Shown: positions 16,537-30,900 of the stretch, piece by piece
Layout: each line of letters opens with the position of its first letter
Position numbering within the stretch: position 1 is the first letter of the stretch
IMG/VR virus record: IMGVR_UViG_3300013286_000014
Span: 1-61,083 of that record
Source: a virus
Lineage: Duplodnaviria; Caudoviricetes
Length of the DNA stretch: 61,083 bases
Reading direction: 5' to 3' (one strand)
The notes under the pieces: model-generated
Told to the model about the DNA's origin: nothing
Databases searched by the model: none
Seen by the model: the letters and a program-made list of their open reading frames with translations, nothing else
Translations under genes and position numbers: made by a program

Positions 16537-17955
16537 ATGTCAAACGATCAAACAAAAATCAGCGCCCAGGGAGCAGAACCGCGTCCTGGCCCGTTCCTGG
16601 CCCGTGTAATCAGCCACATGGACAGTACCTCCATGGGTATGCTACAAGTTGAACTTTTAAGGCCAACCGGTAACACTGGCGACTCTGGACAACTGCATCA
16701 AGTAAAATACATGAGTCCATTTTACGGAGTTACCAGCGCAGATTTTGTTAGAGAAGATCCTAATAACTATGGTAACACTCAAAAAAGCTACGGCTTCTGG
16801 GCAGTTCCTCCTGACGTGGGTACTACTGTTGTTGTAATCTTTATTGATGGAGATCCTAAACGTGGCTACTGGATGGGGTGTGTGCAAGACGAAGGCATGA
16901 ATTTTATGGTTCCCGGTATTGCCGCCACTAGCAACGTAGTTGATGAAACAGACAGAATGCCCGTAGCCGAATACAACAAACAAATAAATTCGGTACAAGC
17001 TACCGGCGCCACTAAAAATAAAAAACCTCGACATCCGTTAGCAGATGCTTTAGAATCGCAAGGATTGTTAAAAGATGATATTCGCGGACTTACCACTAGC
17101 AGTGCCCGAAGAGATATACCCAGTATGGTGTTTGGTTGGAGTACTCCTGGGCCAGTTGATAAACGTCCCGGAAGCCCCCGCGGCCCGATTGGAAAAGAAG
17201 ATTATAAAATACCAAACGCATTTGTAGGCCGTTTAGGCGGCAGCACCTTTGTTATGGACGATGGAGATGATAAATTTCTCCGTAAGAAGTCAGCAAAAGA
17301 AGATGCCCCAGTATATGCCAGCGTATTACAAAACGAAACAGACGGTGATGTGACAATACCTCATAACGAACTTATTCGTTTAAGAACAAGAACCGGGCAT
17401 CAGATATTGTTGCACACTAGCGAAGATTTGATTTACATTACTAACAGCCGTGGAACAGCGTGGATAGAATTAACCAGTAATGGCAAGATAGATATCTATT
17501 CGCAAGATAGTATTAGTGTACATACAGAAAACGACATTAATTTCACAGCAGACCGCGATATTAACTTTACAGCTGGAGCAAATGTTAATATTAATGCCGC
17601 TACTAATATTAATCAACAAGCAGAGTCTGCGTTCAATTTAAAAACAGGTGCCGCTAGTAAAGTATCTGCTGGTGGAAATTTTGAAGTTACTGCTGCCAAC
17701 ACAGCTATTGACGGTGGAAATATTAATTTAAATTCTGGGGTTGCCACCGCAGCCGCTACTACTCCTAAAGCTTCTAGAATCCCACAAACTGAACCGTGGG
17801 CAGGACACGAAAATTTAGATCCTGCTAGTCATGTTCCAGATAAGACAAAGGCAACGGCTAGCCCTGAATTAGTAGAACCAAAAGCATTTAAGGTATACAC
17901 AACAACAACTGACACTTTTAATAAAGTGCAGGGCGCTGAAGAAGAGAAACAATAA
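16537..17955 (+). CDS. gp5: Central spike protein (gp5-like OB-fold plus beta-helix), no lysozyme domain evident
   Basis: 'D....G.LQV', 'SYGFWAVPPDVG..V.V.F..GD...GYW.G', 'RTRTGHQI', repeated INFTA/NINA beta-helix units. Confidence 0.8.
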   Translation: MSNDQTKISAQGAEPRPGPFLARVISHMDSTSMGMLQVELLRPTGNTGDSGQLHQVKYMSPFYGVTSADFVREDPNNYGNTQKSYGFWAVPPDVGTTVVVIFIDGDPKRGYWMGCVQDEGMNFMVPGIAATSNVVDETDRMPVAEYNKQINSVQATGATKNKKPRHPLADALESQGLLKDDIRGLTTSSARRDIPSMVFGWSTPGPVDKRPGSPRGPIGKEDYKIPNAFVGRLGGSTFVMDDGDDKFLRKKSAKEDAPVYASVLQNETDGDVTIPHNELIRLRTRTGHQILLHTSEDLIYITNSRGTAWIELTSNGKIDIYSQDSISVHTENDINFTADRDINFTAGANVNINAATNINQQAESAFNLKTGAASKVSAGGNFEVTAANTAIDGGNINLNSGVATAAATTPKASRIPQTEPWAGHENLDPASHVPDKTKATASPELVEPKAFKVYTTTTDTFNKVQGAEEEKQ

Positions 17956-17957
17956 AC

Positions 17958-18395
17958 ATGGCTACAAACTTATACGATAAAATAACACTACCTGCTCGTC
18001 CTAACCCATCGCTGGCAGCGCCACAGATGTACAAGGGATTTAGTACAATTAATCCTAACACGCAAAACTTTATCCTATATGATTTTGAATTGATAAAGCA
18101 GGATTTGATCAATCACTTTAATATACGACAGGGCGAAAGACTAATGCAACCCAACTTTGGATGCATCATTTGGGACTTGATTTTTGAACCATTAACAGAT
18201 CAAGTTAAAGATCTTATCTTACAAAATGTCAATCAGATTTTGAACTATGATCCTAGGATACAAGCTGGTAACGTGCTTGTAACACCCTACGATACTGGTT
18301 TACAAATACAATGTACGTTAACTTATTTGCCTTATAATATCAGCCAGGATCTACAATTGAAGTTTGATCAAGCCAACGGTTTGATCACACGATAA
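17958..18395 (+). CDS. gp25: Baseplate wedge subunit gp25-like
   Basis: 'LIKQDL.N.F..RQGER.M.P.FG..I..L.FEP...I...DPR' GPW/gp25 motif. Confidence 0.9.
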   Translation: MATNLYDKITLPARPNPSLAAPQMYKGFSTINPNTQNFILYDFELIKQDLINHFNIRQGERLMQPNFGCIIWDLIFEPLTDQVKDLILQNVNQILNYDPRIQAGNVLVTPYDTGLQIQCTLTYLPYNISQDLQLKFDQANGLITR

Positions 18396-18424
18396 ACTAC
18401 GCACATATTTTTATCTAATAAATA
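18395..18424 (+). promoter_or_regulatory. Late promoter with upstream motif (AACTACGCACA-N13-TAAATA)
   Basis: Upstream of the gp6-like gene; 11-mer and spacing identical to the 12923 site. Confidence 0.55.
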
Positions 18425-18442
18425 CACTTATTAGGATACATT

Positions 18443-21400
18443 ATGAGCTCAACGGATAGACAAAATAACCTGTTAGTTTCAGAAGACTGGCAGAAAATTT
18501 ATCAATCATTCAAGAACGCCGACTTCCAAAGTTACGACTTTGAGAATCTACGCCGTACCATGATTGACTATATCCGTACAAATTTTCCTGAAGATTTCAA
18601 CGATTACATCGAGTCTAGCGAATACCTTGCCCTGATTGACCTTATTGCGTTCGTGGGCCAAAGCATAGCTTTCCGTGTGGACTTAAACGCCCGTGAAAAC
18701 TTTTTAGAACTAGCAGAACGTCGTGACAGCGTGTTACGATTAAGCCGAATGATTGGCTACAATGCCAGCAGAAATGTGCCAGCTTCTGGATTGTTAAAAT
18801 TTAACACTATACAAACTACAGAAAATGTATTAGACAGCAACGGTATTAATCTTGCTGGACAAGTAATTACTTGGAATGACCCAAGTAATACCAGTTGGTA
18901 CGATCAATTTATTAAAATCATGAATGCCGCATTGCCAACTACACAGCAATTTGGCAATCCAATTGACCAGGCTAAAATTTATAATATTTCCACAAGTCAG
19001 TATAGATTCAATGCTAGAAACACAGATATTCCTGTTTACAATTTTACCAAATCGGTTGCTGGCCGTAGCATGAATTTTGAAATTACCAGTACAACATTTG
19101 CTAATAAAAATGTAATATACGAAGAAGCTCCCAAGGTAGGAAATCATCTTGCATTCATTTATAAAGATGATGGCTACGGTGCTGGAAGTACTAACACTGG
19201 TTTCTTTTTAAATTTTACGCAAGGCAATCTAAACCAAGGAGCGTTTAGCGTTACTCAACCCAGCAGTAATCAAACTATTGATATTAATACACAAAATATT
19301 AATAACAATGATGTGTGGTTGTATAGTCTAAATCAAAGTACTGGGTTGGAAGATACACTATGGACACAAGTTCCTGCATTGACTGGCAACAACATTATCT
19401 ATAACAGTCTAAATAAAAATATTAAAACTATCTATAGTGTAATTACTCGTGCAGGAGATGCGATTAGTCTGGGATTTTCTGATGGTACATTTGGGGATTT
19501 ACCATTAGGAAATTTTAGAAGTTACTATAGGATCAGTAACGGTTTATCATATGCAATATCTCCAAGCGACATTTTAAACGTGGCAATCAGTGTTCCCTAT
19601 ACCAGTAGTAAAGGGCAAGCCGAAACATTAACAGTAACTTTGAGTTTGGTGAACAATGTGTCAAATGCCAGCGGCACTGAGTCCAATATGAATATCAAAG
19701 CAAACGCTCCCCAAACATACTATACACAAAATCGCATGATAACTGGCGAAGATTACAGTATTAGTCCGTTAAGCATCACACAAAAAGTTGCTAAAGTAAA
19801 AAGTATTAATAGAACAAGTAGCGGTATCAGTCGTTATTTTGATCTAACAGATCCAACTGGAAAATACAGCAGTACCAATTTGTTTGCAGATGACGGCGTG
19901 GTCTATCAAGACTTGTATACTTCTAGCACAAATTTTTCCTACATGACCAAGACTGATGTAGAAGGAGTTGTGTATAATACAATTTTTCCTATATTGAACG
20001 ACCCTAACTTGCGTAACTTTTATTATGCGAACTATATCAATTATATTTCTGAAAGTTTAGCTATTCAATGGGTCAATGTTACCACTGATAGTAATAGCAG
20101 TACTGGTTATGTGGGGGACTCAAGTCTAGTTCCTAAAAAATTGTCCAGTTATACCAGCACCGATTTAAAATATTTTACCAACGGAGCCTTGGTTAAATTT
20201 CTTGCTCCCACAGGACGATATTTTGACACTACTCGTCAAAATTCCCTAATGCCACTTCCTGTAACCGGTATGCTACCCTTTGGTGGTGTTGATTATCTGT
20301 GGGCGCAGGTTGCCACTATTGTTGGCGACGGCCTGGGCGACGGAGAAAACAATTCGGGAAAGACAACTATCAACGGTGGCCTATTTGGCGTAGTAACACT
20401 CAATGAAATAATCCCAACCACTGCAATTGTCAGTCAGATTATACCACAATTTAGTTCAACAATTGGATCAACGGTAGTGACTACCATGATTGATTTAATT
20501 TTTAATAATAAACCGTTTGGATTACGATATGATGCGGGAACACAAAGTTGGCAAATCGTTTTTGAAACCAATTTGAACACCACTAGCGGCTTCAGCTTGG
20601 GCTACCAAGGCGACACAACCAATACACAACAGGATTCAAGCTGGTTGTTGTTGCTTACTACTAATAACGAGTATTATACTGTGAACACACGATTGTTACG
20701 TTATATATTTGAAAGTGACAAGGCTGTATCGTTTTATTTTGATACATCATTAAAAGTGTACGATACAGTTTCTAGCACAACCATACTAGATAGTTTAAAA
20801 ATATTGAGTATTAATCCTCAACCCGATAACACTATACCATTTACAACTGATCTTAACTGGCAAATTATCAGTGCATTTACTGGACAGGACGGGTATGTTG
20901 ACCCTAGTAAAATTGTTGTAGCATTTGCAGACACATTAAACAACGGAATTGTTGATAATCCTCAATTGTTTTTAGATATTGTAGCGCCTGATACCAGTCC
21001 GTTAAAAAAATATGTTGTACAACAAAAATATTTGATTAGTCAAGGACAGGAAGATTATCGATACGTGAGTAATGCAACTGGACTTGTAAAAATACTTACA
21101 ACACAGGGATCAGTAGGCAGTTTAAGTCAATACACTGACGGACAGTATTTTTACTTTGTAGACAAAGCAGTTGTTAAAAAATATGATGCCGCTACCAGCA
21201 CACTGAATGCCAGTTTAGATTACAAAGTCTATGTTGGAAGAGATAATTTAAAATTTCAATACATTCATAATGCAGATTATAATAGCCGTATTGACCCAGG
21301 TGCCAGCAATATTATGGATGTGTACGTGTTAACAGTTGATTACGATACACAATTTAGACAGTGGCTATCAGGCGCCAATGTTAAAGAGCCAATGGCGCCA

Positions 21401-21934
21401 AGTAGTAGCGAACTTAACAGTTTACTGGCACCTAATCTAAATTTAATCAAATCTATCTCAGATGAAATTGTTTATCATCCAGTAAGTTATTTGTTACTGT
21501 TTGGACCAAAAGCTCCTGATAATTTACAAGCTACATTTAATGTTGTAAAAAATCCTACGAGTACCGCTAGTGATAATGATATTGTTGCAAGAATTATCGC
21601 AGCATTCAATAGATTTTTTACACTAGACAACTGGAACTTTGGCGATACGTTTTATTTTACCGAGCTATCAACTTATGTAATGAATCAACTTACGCCCGAC
21701 ATTACCAACTTTGTCATTGTACCCAAGCAAGGTAATTTGTATTTTGGTGCATTGTTTGAAATAAAATGTCCGAGTAATCAGATACTGATCAGCTGTGTTA
21801 CAGGAGACAGTATTAAAGTAGTTGCAGGGTTAACCAGCGACAATTCAAGAACAGTTACAGGCAGTGGGTTATCTTCTGTAGTAACAAGCCAAAATATAAC
21901 TAGTGCAACCTTTGGAGTAACTAATGGCAAATAA
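18443..21934 (+). CDS. gp6: Baseplate wedge subunit gp6-like (1163 aa)
   Basis: 'YDFE.LR..MI.Y....PE.FND..ESSE', 'ENFL.LA.RR.SV..L....GY', 'F.DG.FG..P', 'AP..Y.TQNR.IT..DY'. Confidence 0.85.
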   Translation: MSSTDRQNNLLVSEDWQKIYQSFKNADFQSYDFENLRRTMIDYIRTNFPEDFNDYIESSEYLALIDLIAFVGQSIAFRVDLNARENFLELAERRDSVLRLSRMIGYNASRNVPASGLLKFNTIQTTENVLDSNGINLAGQVITWNDPSNTSWYDQFIKIMNAALPTTQQFGNPIDQAKIYNISTSQYRFNARNTDIPVYNFTKSVAGRSMNFEITSTTFANKNVIYEEAPKVGNHLAFIYKDDGYGAGSTNTGFFLNFTQGNLNQGAFSVTQPSSNQTIDINTQNINNNDVWLYSLNQSTGLEDTLWTQVPALTGNNIIYNSLNKNIKTIYSVITRAGDAISLGFSDGTFGDLPLGNFRSYYRISNGLSYAISPSDILNVAISVPYTSSKGQAETLTVTLSLVNNVSNASGTESNMNIKANAPQTYYTQNRMITGEDYSISPLSITQKVAKVKSINRTSSGISRYFDLTDPTGKYSSTNLFADDGVVYQDLYTSSTNFSYMTKTDVEGVVYNTIFPILNDPNLRNFYYANYINYISESLAIQWVNVTTDSNSSTGYVGDSSLVPKKLSSYTSTDLKYFTNGALVKFLAPTGRYFDTTRQNSLMPLPVTGMLPFGGVDYLWAQVATIVGDGLGDGENNSGKTTINGGLFGVVTLNEIIPTTAIVSQIIPQFSSTIGSTVVTTMIDLIFNNKPFGLRYDAGTQSWQIVFETNLNTTSGFSLGYQGDTTNTQQDSSWLLLLTTNNEYYTVNTRLLRYIFESDKAVSFYFDTSLKVYDTVSSTTILDSLKILSINPQPDNTIPFTTDLNWQIISAFTGQDGYVDPSKIVVAFADTLNNGIVDNPQLFLDIVAPDTSPLKKYVVQQKYLISQGQEDYRYVSNATGLVKILTTQGSVGSLSQYTDGQYFYFVDKAVVKKYDAATSTLNASLDYKVYVGRDNLKFQYIHNADYNSRIDPGASNIMDVYVLTVDYDTQFRQWLSGANVKEPMAPSSSELNSLLAPNLNLIKSISDEIVYHPVSYLLLFGPKAPDNLQATFNVVKNPTSTASDNDIVARIIAAFNRFFTLDNWNFGDTFYFTELSTYVMNQLTPDITNFVIVPKQGNLYFGALFEIKCPSNQILISCVTGDSIKVVAGLTSDNSRTVTGSGLSSVVTSQNITSATFGVTNGK

Positions 21935-24900
21935 AAACAATCCATTAGGCAACACGAATCTTACAGTAAATTTTCTTCCTAAATTTTATCAGTCAGATGC
22001 TAATAAGAAATTTTTACAAGCCACATTAGATCAGTTATACCAACCAGGTAGCATTAAAAAAATCAATGGGTTTGTAGGCCGCGAAAATGCCAAATCTTCT
22101 ACCGGTACAGATATCTATCTTGAAGCGAGCGATCGAGTGCGACAAGATTATCAGCTGGAGCCAGCCATAACTATTACAGATAATATTGGCAACCAAACAT
22201 TTTTCAAAGACTATATTGATTATATTAATCAAATTAAAACATTTGGCGGTAATACAGCCAATCATGCCAGACTAAACAAGCAAGAATTTTATAGCTGGGA
22301 TCCACATATTGATTGGGACAAGTTTGTTAATTTTCAAAATTACTACTGGATTCCATACGGCCCGGACACTATTAGATTGCAAGGACAACAAAAAGCAATC
22401 AACAGTACTTACACTGTTTCAATTGAAAGAGAATTAAGCAACAACGAATACTTGTTTACCCCCAACGGGTTTACTCGCAATCCCGTATTGAAATTATATC
22501 GCGGCCAAACATACACATTTGAAATTAACAGCCCCGGCAATCCGTTCAGCATCAAGACTGCACGTACTCCAGGGCAATCTGACAGATATCTAGTTGATAC
22601 TATTGATAACTATGGAGTTGAAGTTGGAACCATGACATTCAGTGTTCCATTAGATGCTCCTACATTGTTGTTTTATCAAAGCGAATCAGACCTTCAGTTG
22701 GGAGGAGCAATTCAAGTATTGAGCATTACGGCAGACACTTATATTGATGTTGAAAAAGAGTTGTTGGGTAAAAAACATTATACATTATCCAATGGTACAC
22801 AACTCAGCAATGGAATGAAATTGGCATTTTTAGGAAATGTAACTCCTACTGAATATGCTTCTGGTGAATTTTATGTTGAAGGTGTTGGTATCGCAATCAA
22901 ATTAATTTCTACAAGTAGATTAGAAATTATTAATCCTTACACTGAAGAAAAAACAATACCGTTTGACAGTGATAAATTTGATACTCAGCCGTTCAGCGAT
23001 GCCACAGGCTACGCCGGGCAATCGGATTACATAGTAATTGACAGGGGCAGTAACGATGCCAACAATTGGAGCCGATACAATCGATGGTTTCATAAAGATG
23101 TTGTTGCCGCAAGTTCTTTATATAATGGCAATCCAGTCAACTTAGATCAGACCGCAAGAGCCATTAGACCCATTATAGAATTTAATGCAGATTTAAAACT
23201 TGCAAATTTTGGCACTATGGCCATTGCCGATGTTGATATCCTCGACGATTACACGACAGATGCATTTAGTACAATTGAGGGATCATTTGCATACAGCGTT
23301 GACGGCGTTTCTTTAGCAGACGGACAGCGAGTTATTTTTACCGCTGACCCTGATACATTGGTTAAAAATAAAGTGTTTAAGGTTACATTTGTCAATGTAT
23401 TACATCTTAATAACGGTAGTAGACAAATCCACTTGGAAGAAATTTCGTCACCATCACTCAATCAAGTGGCACTGGTTAAATTTGGAACTAAACATCAAGG
23501 TAATGCATTTTGGTATAACGGTACAACATGGGCCCGCGGCCAATTAAAAACTAAAGTAAATCAAGCACCGTTATTTGACGTAGTAGACGAAAAGGGTATA
23601 AGTTATGCTGATACCACTGTTTATAACGGATCAACATTTGTAGGAACAACTTTATTTTCTTATAAACTCGGATCAGGCACTACTGACAGCGCACTGGGAT
23701 TTCCGTTAAGTTACAGAAATATCAGCAACATTGGCGATATTGTTTTTAATTTTACGCTGGCAACTGACACATTCCAATACAAGCAAGGGACTGCTCTGTT
23801 AACACAAGCAATTAATGTAGGGTATCTTGTGGGGCAAACATTTGCTGGAAAATTAACTTATAAAAACGGCTGGCAGCTTTGCACAGCTCCGAATGTACAA
23901 GCCGCTATTAGAATTTATAAAAATTCTGGAATCACGAATTATTTTAATATAGATATTTTTGATGACATTACCAATCTAAACGACCTAGTGGTTAGAATTT
24001 ACATAAACGGACATAGACTGGATCCAATGGCGTGGACATTGATTGATGCACCTGCTCACAAACAAGTACAATTGAGAACAGATATTGCACTAAGTGATGT
24101 GTTAACCATCAGAGCATTTGCGGCACAGCCAATTAACAGTATTGGTTATTACGAAATACCCGTTAACTTGCAAAACAATCCATTAAACAATGCGATGGGA
24201 GATTTTACACTGGGTGAAGTTTCGGACCATGTGAATTCAATAGTTGATAATTTAGATACCATCTTTGTAGGCTCATTTCCAGGCAGCGGCAACCTACGAG
24301 ATCTGGGTAATGTAACGCAATACGGTACAAAATTTGTACAGCACAGCGGCCCAATGAGTCTTGCAATCTATCATATTACTAGCGAATCTAACAATGTTAT
24401 TCGCAGTATTGAACAAGCTCGGGACGACTACAATAATTTTAAAAGAAATTTTATTAAAATTGCCAGTAATTTGGGAGTAGACGGTGACACTGTTACCATA
24501 ACAAATCTGGTGTTGCAAAAAATCAATAAAGACAAGCCAAAAACAAGTCCTTACTACTTTAGTGACATGGTTCCGTATGGCGCATGTGTAGTAACGGATC
24601 TCAATGTTGTTGATTACAGGATTAAACAATATCCGTTAACCAAGCCGTTTGTTTTAACAACCTTGAGTAATGACGCTGTGGGTGTATATTTAAACAGTGT
24701 GCAATTAATTTACGAACAAGACTACAGATTACTTGATACGGGATTTGTTGTAATTGACAGTTCGGTCAAGATGAACACCGGCGATGTAATTACCACAAGA
24801 GAATATGACAGCACCGATGGTTGTTTTGTACCAGCGACTCCGACCAAAATGGGCATATGGCCAAAATTTGCTCCAAAAATTTATACAGACACTTCGCTAG

Positions 24901-27900
24901 TGACACCGCGTGTTATGATACAAGGCCATGATGGCAGTCAAGTCTTGGCGTATGGCGATTATCGCGACGATTTGATTTTGGAATTAGAAAAGAGAATTTT
25001 TAATAACATTAAAATTCAATACGACACTGCAATTTTTGATGTCACTGATGTAATTCCGGGATATAACAGAAAAACAGATTACAATCTGTCTGAATTTAAT
25101 GAAGTATTGGCTCCTAATTTTTACAAATGGACTGCATTAGCAGGTAGAGATTTTACAAAACCATTGGGTACATTTTCTGTAAATAATACCTTTACATATA
25201 ACTATTCTGATACTGTTGGGCCCGACGGCAAACCAGTTCCGGGGTATTGGAGAGGAATCTATCGTTGGTTGTTGGATACTGATCGACCTAATTTATGCCC
25301 GTGGGAAATGTTAGGGTTTAGTATAGAGCCCAAGTGGTGGGCCACGGTGTACGGTGTTGGCCCATACACTGGCGACAATTTTCCAATGTGGCAAGATATT
25401 AGCGAAGGTATGGTTCGTGAACCGGGAGTTCCTGCGGTTAAATTAACCAAATATGTCAAACCATTTTTAATGAATCATATTCCGGTTAACAGCGACGGAA
25501 CATTATTAAGCCCGATTGATTCTGGTTTAGTTTCTGGACCAACTGTTCTCACAATGGATGGCGGGTTTGTATTTGGAGATGTAAATCCAGTTGAAGCTGC
25601 CTGGCGCCGTAGTAGCCATTATCCATTCAGTGTGCTTATATCTGCTACACTTTTGAATCCTGCAAACACGTTTGGCCTGTTGTTAGATAGGGCCAACATC
25701 AAACGTAACCGTGCAGGACAACTAATTTATGCAAACACTAATCTACGGGTACGCCCAACCGATGTTGTATTACCCAGCATTTATTCAAGCGCAACTCGTG
25801 TACAAACTGCGGGATTGGTTAACTATATTGTAGATCATATTTTAAATTTTGTGTTTAGTAATAATGTTAGAAGTTATAATCAGTATGCTACTGACTTGGA
25901 CACTTTGGCAAGTCAGATCAGTTATCGAGTTGGAGCATTTACTAGCAAAGAACAATTTAATTTATTATTAGATAGTAAAACACCGTTAAGTACAGGTAGT
26001 GTTTTTATACCTCAAGAAAATTATCATGTTAATATTAACACTTCTAGTCCTATCAAGAAAATAACTTACAGCGGAGTTATTATCACTAAGTTGCACTCGG
26101 GGTACGAAGTTAAAGGTTATAGTACCACACAACCTTATTTTAAATATTATCCTTACTTACAAACAGGCCAAAGAATTAATGTTGGCGGCATTAGTGAAAG
26201 TTATGCAACTTGGACACCAGGACAGCAATATGTTGCTAATTCAGTTTTATTATATAAAGGACAATACTATCGAACGTTGTCTTCTACGACATCAAGCGCA
26301 ACATTTGACCCAACGGCATTTAGCCGCTTAGGCGAATTGCCAGTTGTAGGCGGCGCCAATGCTGTTTTGAGAAAACTATGGGATAGAAATAATCCAGTGG
26401 TAGTTCCGTACGGCACTGAATTTACAAAAATTCAGGATGTGGTTGATTTTTTACAAGGCTACGGCGAATGGTTGACTGATCGGGGATTTGTTTTTGATGA
26501 TTTTAATAACAATTTAAATGCCGTTTCTAATTGGGAAAACAGTGCTAGAGAATTTCTATTCTGGACTACACAAAACTGGAATTCTGGCGCAGATAAATGG
26601 GCAGATTGGAATCCAGCTGAGCCAGTTACCTACGGAACTATTGTAAAATACAATGGAGATTATTATAGTGCATTGTACAATTTAGCCGCTACTGACGTGT
26701 TTGATCCGATCAAATATACTAAATTAGAAGGATTAAGCAACATTGGCAGCAGTGTTATTAGTCTAAGCCCAAGTGCAAATAAATTAACATTTAAAACTGA
26801 CTTATCTGTAGTAGACAATATTAGTAATCAGTTTTACGAATATGAAATATTCAAAGTTGACGGAACACCATTGGCTCCATTATTCTTGGATAGCTATAGA
26901 GAAAATAATACTGTAAGTTACAGTCCCCGTACAACTGATGGAATCTATGGCGCTAGTTTTTATCTAATACAAAACGAACATGTTATTACAATAGATAATA
27001 CCACAATTTTCAATGATGTTGTGTATAATCCAGAAAGCGGTTATAGACAAGAACGTGTTAAAGTAGCTGGGCACGTTAGTATCGACTGGTACGGTGGCCT
27101 AGATGTTCCAGGTTTCATATTTGATCAAGCGAATGTCAAACAATGGCAGATATGGCAAGATTATTCTCTAGGCGACATTGTAAACAATCAAGGTTTTTAT
27201 TACAGTGCATTATCCGCTCTATCTGGAACAGAAACATTTAATCCACATACCTGGGTGCAACTAACAAATAAACCAACACCCAAATTAATTCCTAATTGGA
27301 CTTATAAGGCCGGCCAGTTTACTGATTTCTACAATCTTGACAGCGATAACTTTGATGTTGCACAGCAAACAATGGCACATCATTTAATTGGGTACCAGAA
27401 ACGTCAATATCTCAATAATATTATTCAAGACAACGTGAGTGAATTTAAATTCTTCCAAGGCATGATTCGTGAAAAAGGTACACAAAATAGTCTCAATAAA
27501 TTATTTGATGTATTAAGTTCTGACAGTAAAGCAAGTCTTAAATTTTATGAAGAGTGGGCAGTACGTGCTGGGCAGTACGGCGCCAGTAGAGCTTTTGAAA
27601 ATATTGAATTTGTGCTGGACGAAGGACAGTTTAAATTAAATCCTCAAGGCTTCCAGTTGGTAACTGCACCGGATGTAACTCTCAACGATACTTTTATTAT
27701 ACAACAAAAATCTACTGATGTATATTTAAAACCTTTGGGCTATAATTCAAAACCTTGGCCGTTATTGACAAATTATAAACCTTTCTTGCGTAGTGCAGGC
27801 TATGTTAATTCAACTGAAGTATCTATAAGTCTCGGATACCTGCCAGAAATTGCTGCCTTAGATAATGCCACAGTCAACGAAGGAGCCTATATATGGGTGG

Positions 27901-30900
27901 CCTTCGAAGGACCAAGTTGGAATTTGTACAGATATACAGATATTCACATGTCTGTGACAAATGTTACCTATAATGCGTCTGCAAAAACTTTAACAATTAC
28001 AGCAGAAAATCTAACTGGATTTGTATCAGGGTCGTGGATTGGACTTGCACAAGTAGAAAAATTAAAAGGTTTTTATCAAATAATTAGTGTTGAATTAAAC
28101 TCATTTACAGTTGCGGCAAATATTACTGGATTTCCGAGCCCATTCAAACAAAGCAATGAACTGGTAGTGTATGCATTGATTAGTCAACGAACCAGTAGTA
28201 TCGACACATTGGATTCTGTACTTACAACAAAACTTTCACCGGGCGAACTAATATGGACAGACGACAGCGGTAACGGCAAATGGGCCAGCTGGATGTTTAA
28301 TCCTATTTACACCATATCAGACGTAAACAATTCAGCTCCGCAGAATCAATTACGATTTGGCAATACCATTGCTGTAAACAACAAAGGCACACTGGCCGCT
28401 GTTGGTTCTAGTTTTGGAGAATTAATAACATACGACAAAGTAGGAACAGTCACTCCTTGGGTCCAGCGCCAAGTCATAGCTTCTCCATTCATTGCAACAA
28501 ATGTTGTTGCATTGACTACCGGTAATACTGCGCTTAACAGCACCACGGTGATTATGTCTAGTGCAAACCCTTCCATGATAGGTGGATTTATCGATGGCCC
28601 CGGCGTGCCTTATGACACACTGGTGGTATCAGCGGTTAACGGAGTTAGTATCACAATCAGCCAAAAAGCAAATGCAACAACCACAGCTTCAACTTATACA
28701 ATTATAACAAATCCAAACCCTGCTACAGCAATAGCAACTTCAATAGCATTTTCGGCAGACGGTACCTGGATGGCTAGTGGTAGTCCGTTAGCCGGTTATG
28801 CAGTAACAGATTATTTAGGCGCATGGGATAACACTGTTGTGTACGGTCCAAATCTTATTGTGTCAACTGGGTCTGGCACTAGTACAACATATTGGCAAGC
28901 ATTAAGTAATGTTCCAGCAAATAAACCACCAGCAAGTAACCTAGCTTATTGGACTCCAATCTATTATTTGCCAGTTGACTCGTATGGAACTTGGTCAATC
29001 AACGATTCGTATCTTGAAAACACACTAGTTGTTTATAAATCAAAAGTGTACAAGAATGTTGTTACTGCAACAGCTTCTGGTCTGCCTTCAATTTATGGTC
29101 AAACAACGGTTAATGTATTAAGTACAAATGGTACAACTTATATTTTAACCGCTGACACAACAGCGGGACTTGCACCAAATTATCAAATTATTTTTACAGG
29201 CAATGTATTCGGTGGAATATTATCTGGTGGTTTATACTATGTGTCTACGGTTCTTAGTAGCACCACATTCACAATTACAGCATTGCAGTACAGCACATCT
29301 CTAACACCAGTTACAACTGCGTTTGGATCAATGCAAGCTACTCAGCAACCGCAGCCTGCGCCCGGCGGAAATAATCAGTGGGCAGAACAAAGCACTCAAG
29401 CTGGCCCAGCCGGGCAAGGTGTAATTAGTTTATACAAGAAAGATCCTAATAATATTTACGGGTTAGTTGACACCATTGTTAGTCCGTTCCCAGCTGCCAA
29501 CGAAAACTTTGGTAGCAAAATTGTATTTGGAAACGATACAGCATATGTGTCGGCTCCAGGTTACAATGGCGTTGGTCGAGTTTATAAATTAAAATATGCA
29601 ACAACTATCCAAGCACAAAGTGCATATAATCCAGTCGGCAGTACCAATGCCACTGTAGTAGTTACCAGCACCGCCGGAGTCCGTGTAGGAATGTATGTAA
29701 TTAATCCAGCATTTACTAGCGACCAAACAGTGGCGCAAGTATTAGATTCTCGCACGGTGATATTAAGCGGCAGTCCAAATAGTATTCCAAGCGGAATTAT
29801 AAAATTTGCAATTGTTGGTTGGGGATACGATTTTACAGAAATATATACAGGCACACAACCCGGCGCCGCTTTTGGGAATTCTATTAGCCTGAGTCAGGAT
29901 AATCTCACACTTGCAATTGGGGCAGACACTGGCACAGTAAACGGTGTACTCAGCATTTATAAAAATACTGGTACAGGATTTAATCCAGCACTGCCTTTAC
30001 AATCCATATCAGGCACTACCAAAAACTTTGGTATTAGTACCAGTGTGTCTGACAATGGAACATATATTGCAGTATCAGACGACAGTGCCACAGTTGGCGG
30101 CATAATACAACGTGGCGGCGTTACTGTTTATAAGTTTACTGCCGGCACGTATACACCTTACCAAACACTGACTCCTTATCAGCCTGAAATCAATGGACAT
30201 TTTGGTAATAAACTATCGTTTATGAATGACCATGAAACTCTAGTAGTTTATAGTCAATATGGTGACACAATTATTACAACTACATTTGACAATAAGACAA
30301 CTACATTTGATAAAAATAGTACAGACTTTGCATTTACACAAACTAACAGTGGACGTGTTGATGTTTATGATATGTATGCTACTAAGTGGGTGTTTAGTGA
30401 AAGTCTAACTAAATCAAACCCTGTTAAAACTGCCGGAAATTTTATTAGAAATAATGTTTATCAAATTTTAACTCTTGGTACTACAGATTTCACCGCAATT
30501 GGTGCAAGCACTAACGCAATTGGTGTTACCTTTACAGCAACCAGTGACGGGTACGGTACAGGTACTGCGGCCTTAGTCACTAACGAAACTTTGATCGCCG
30601 ACGGATACGGAGTTGGATTTGCTGTAGGCTCTAATCACATCTTAATTGGCGCACCAGAATCAACTGACCAAGGATTTAATTCAGGAAAAGTTTATGATTA
30701 CGGCAAGCCGCTCAATGCGTATACTTGGACTATTGATCATTCGGAAGTTGATAAACCTGATGTTACAAAAATTAAACAGGCATTCTTGTATAATAGAGTA
30801 ACTGGAGAATTAATTACCCATTTAGATGTTATTGATATTGCTCAGGGAAAAATTCCAGGACCAGCTGACGAAGAAATAATGTACAAGTCGTTTTACGACC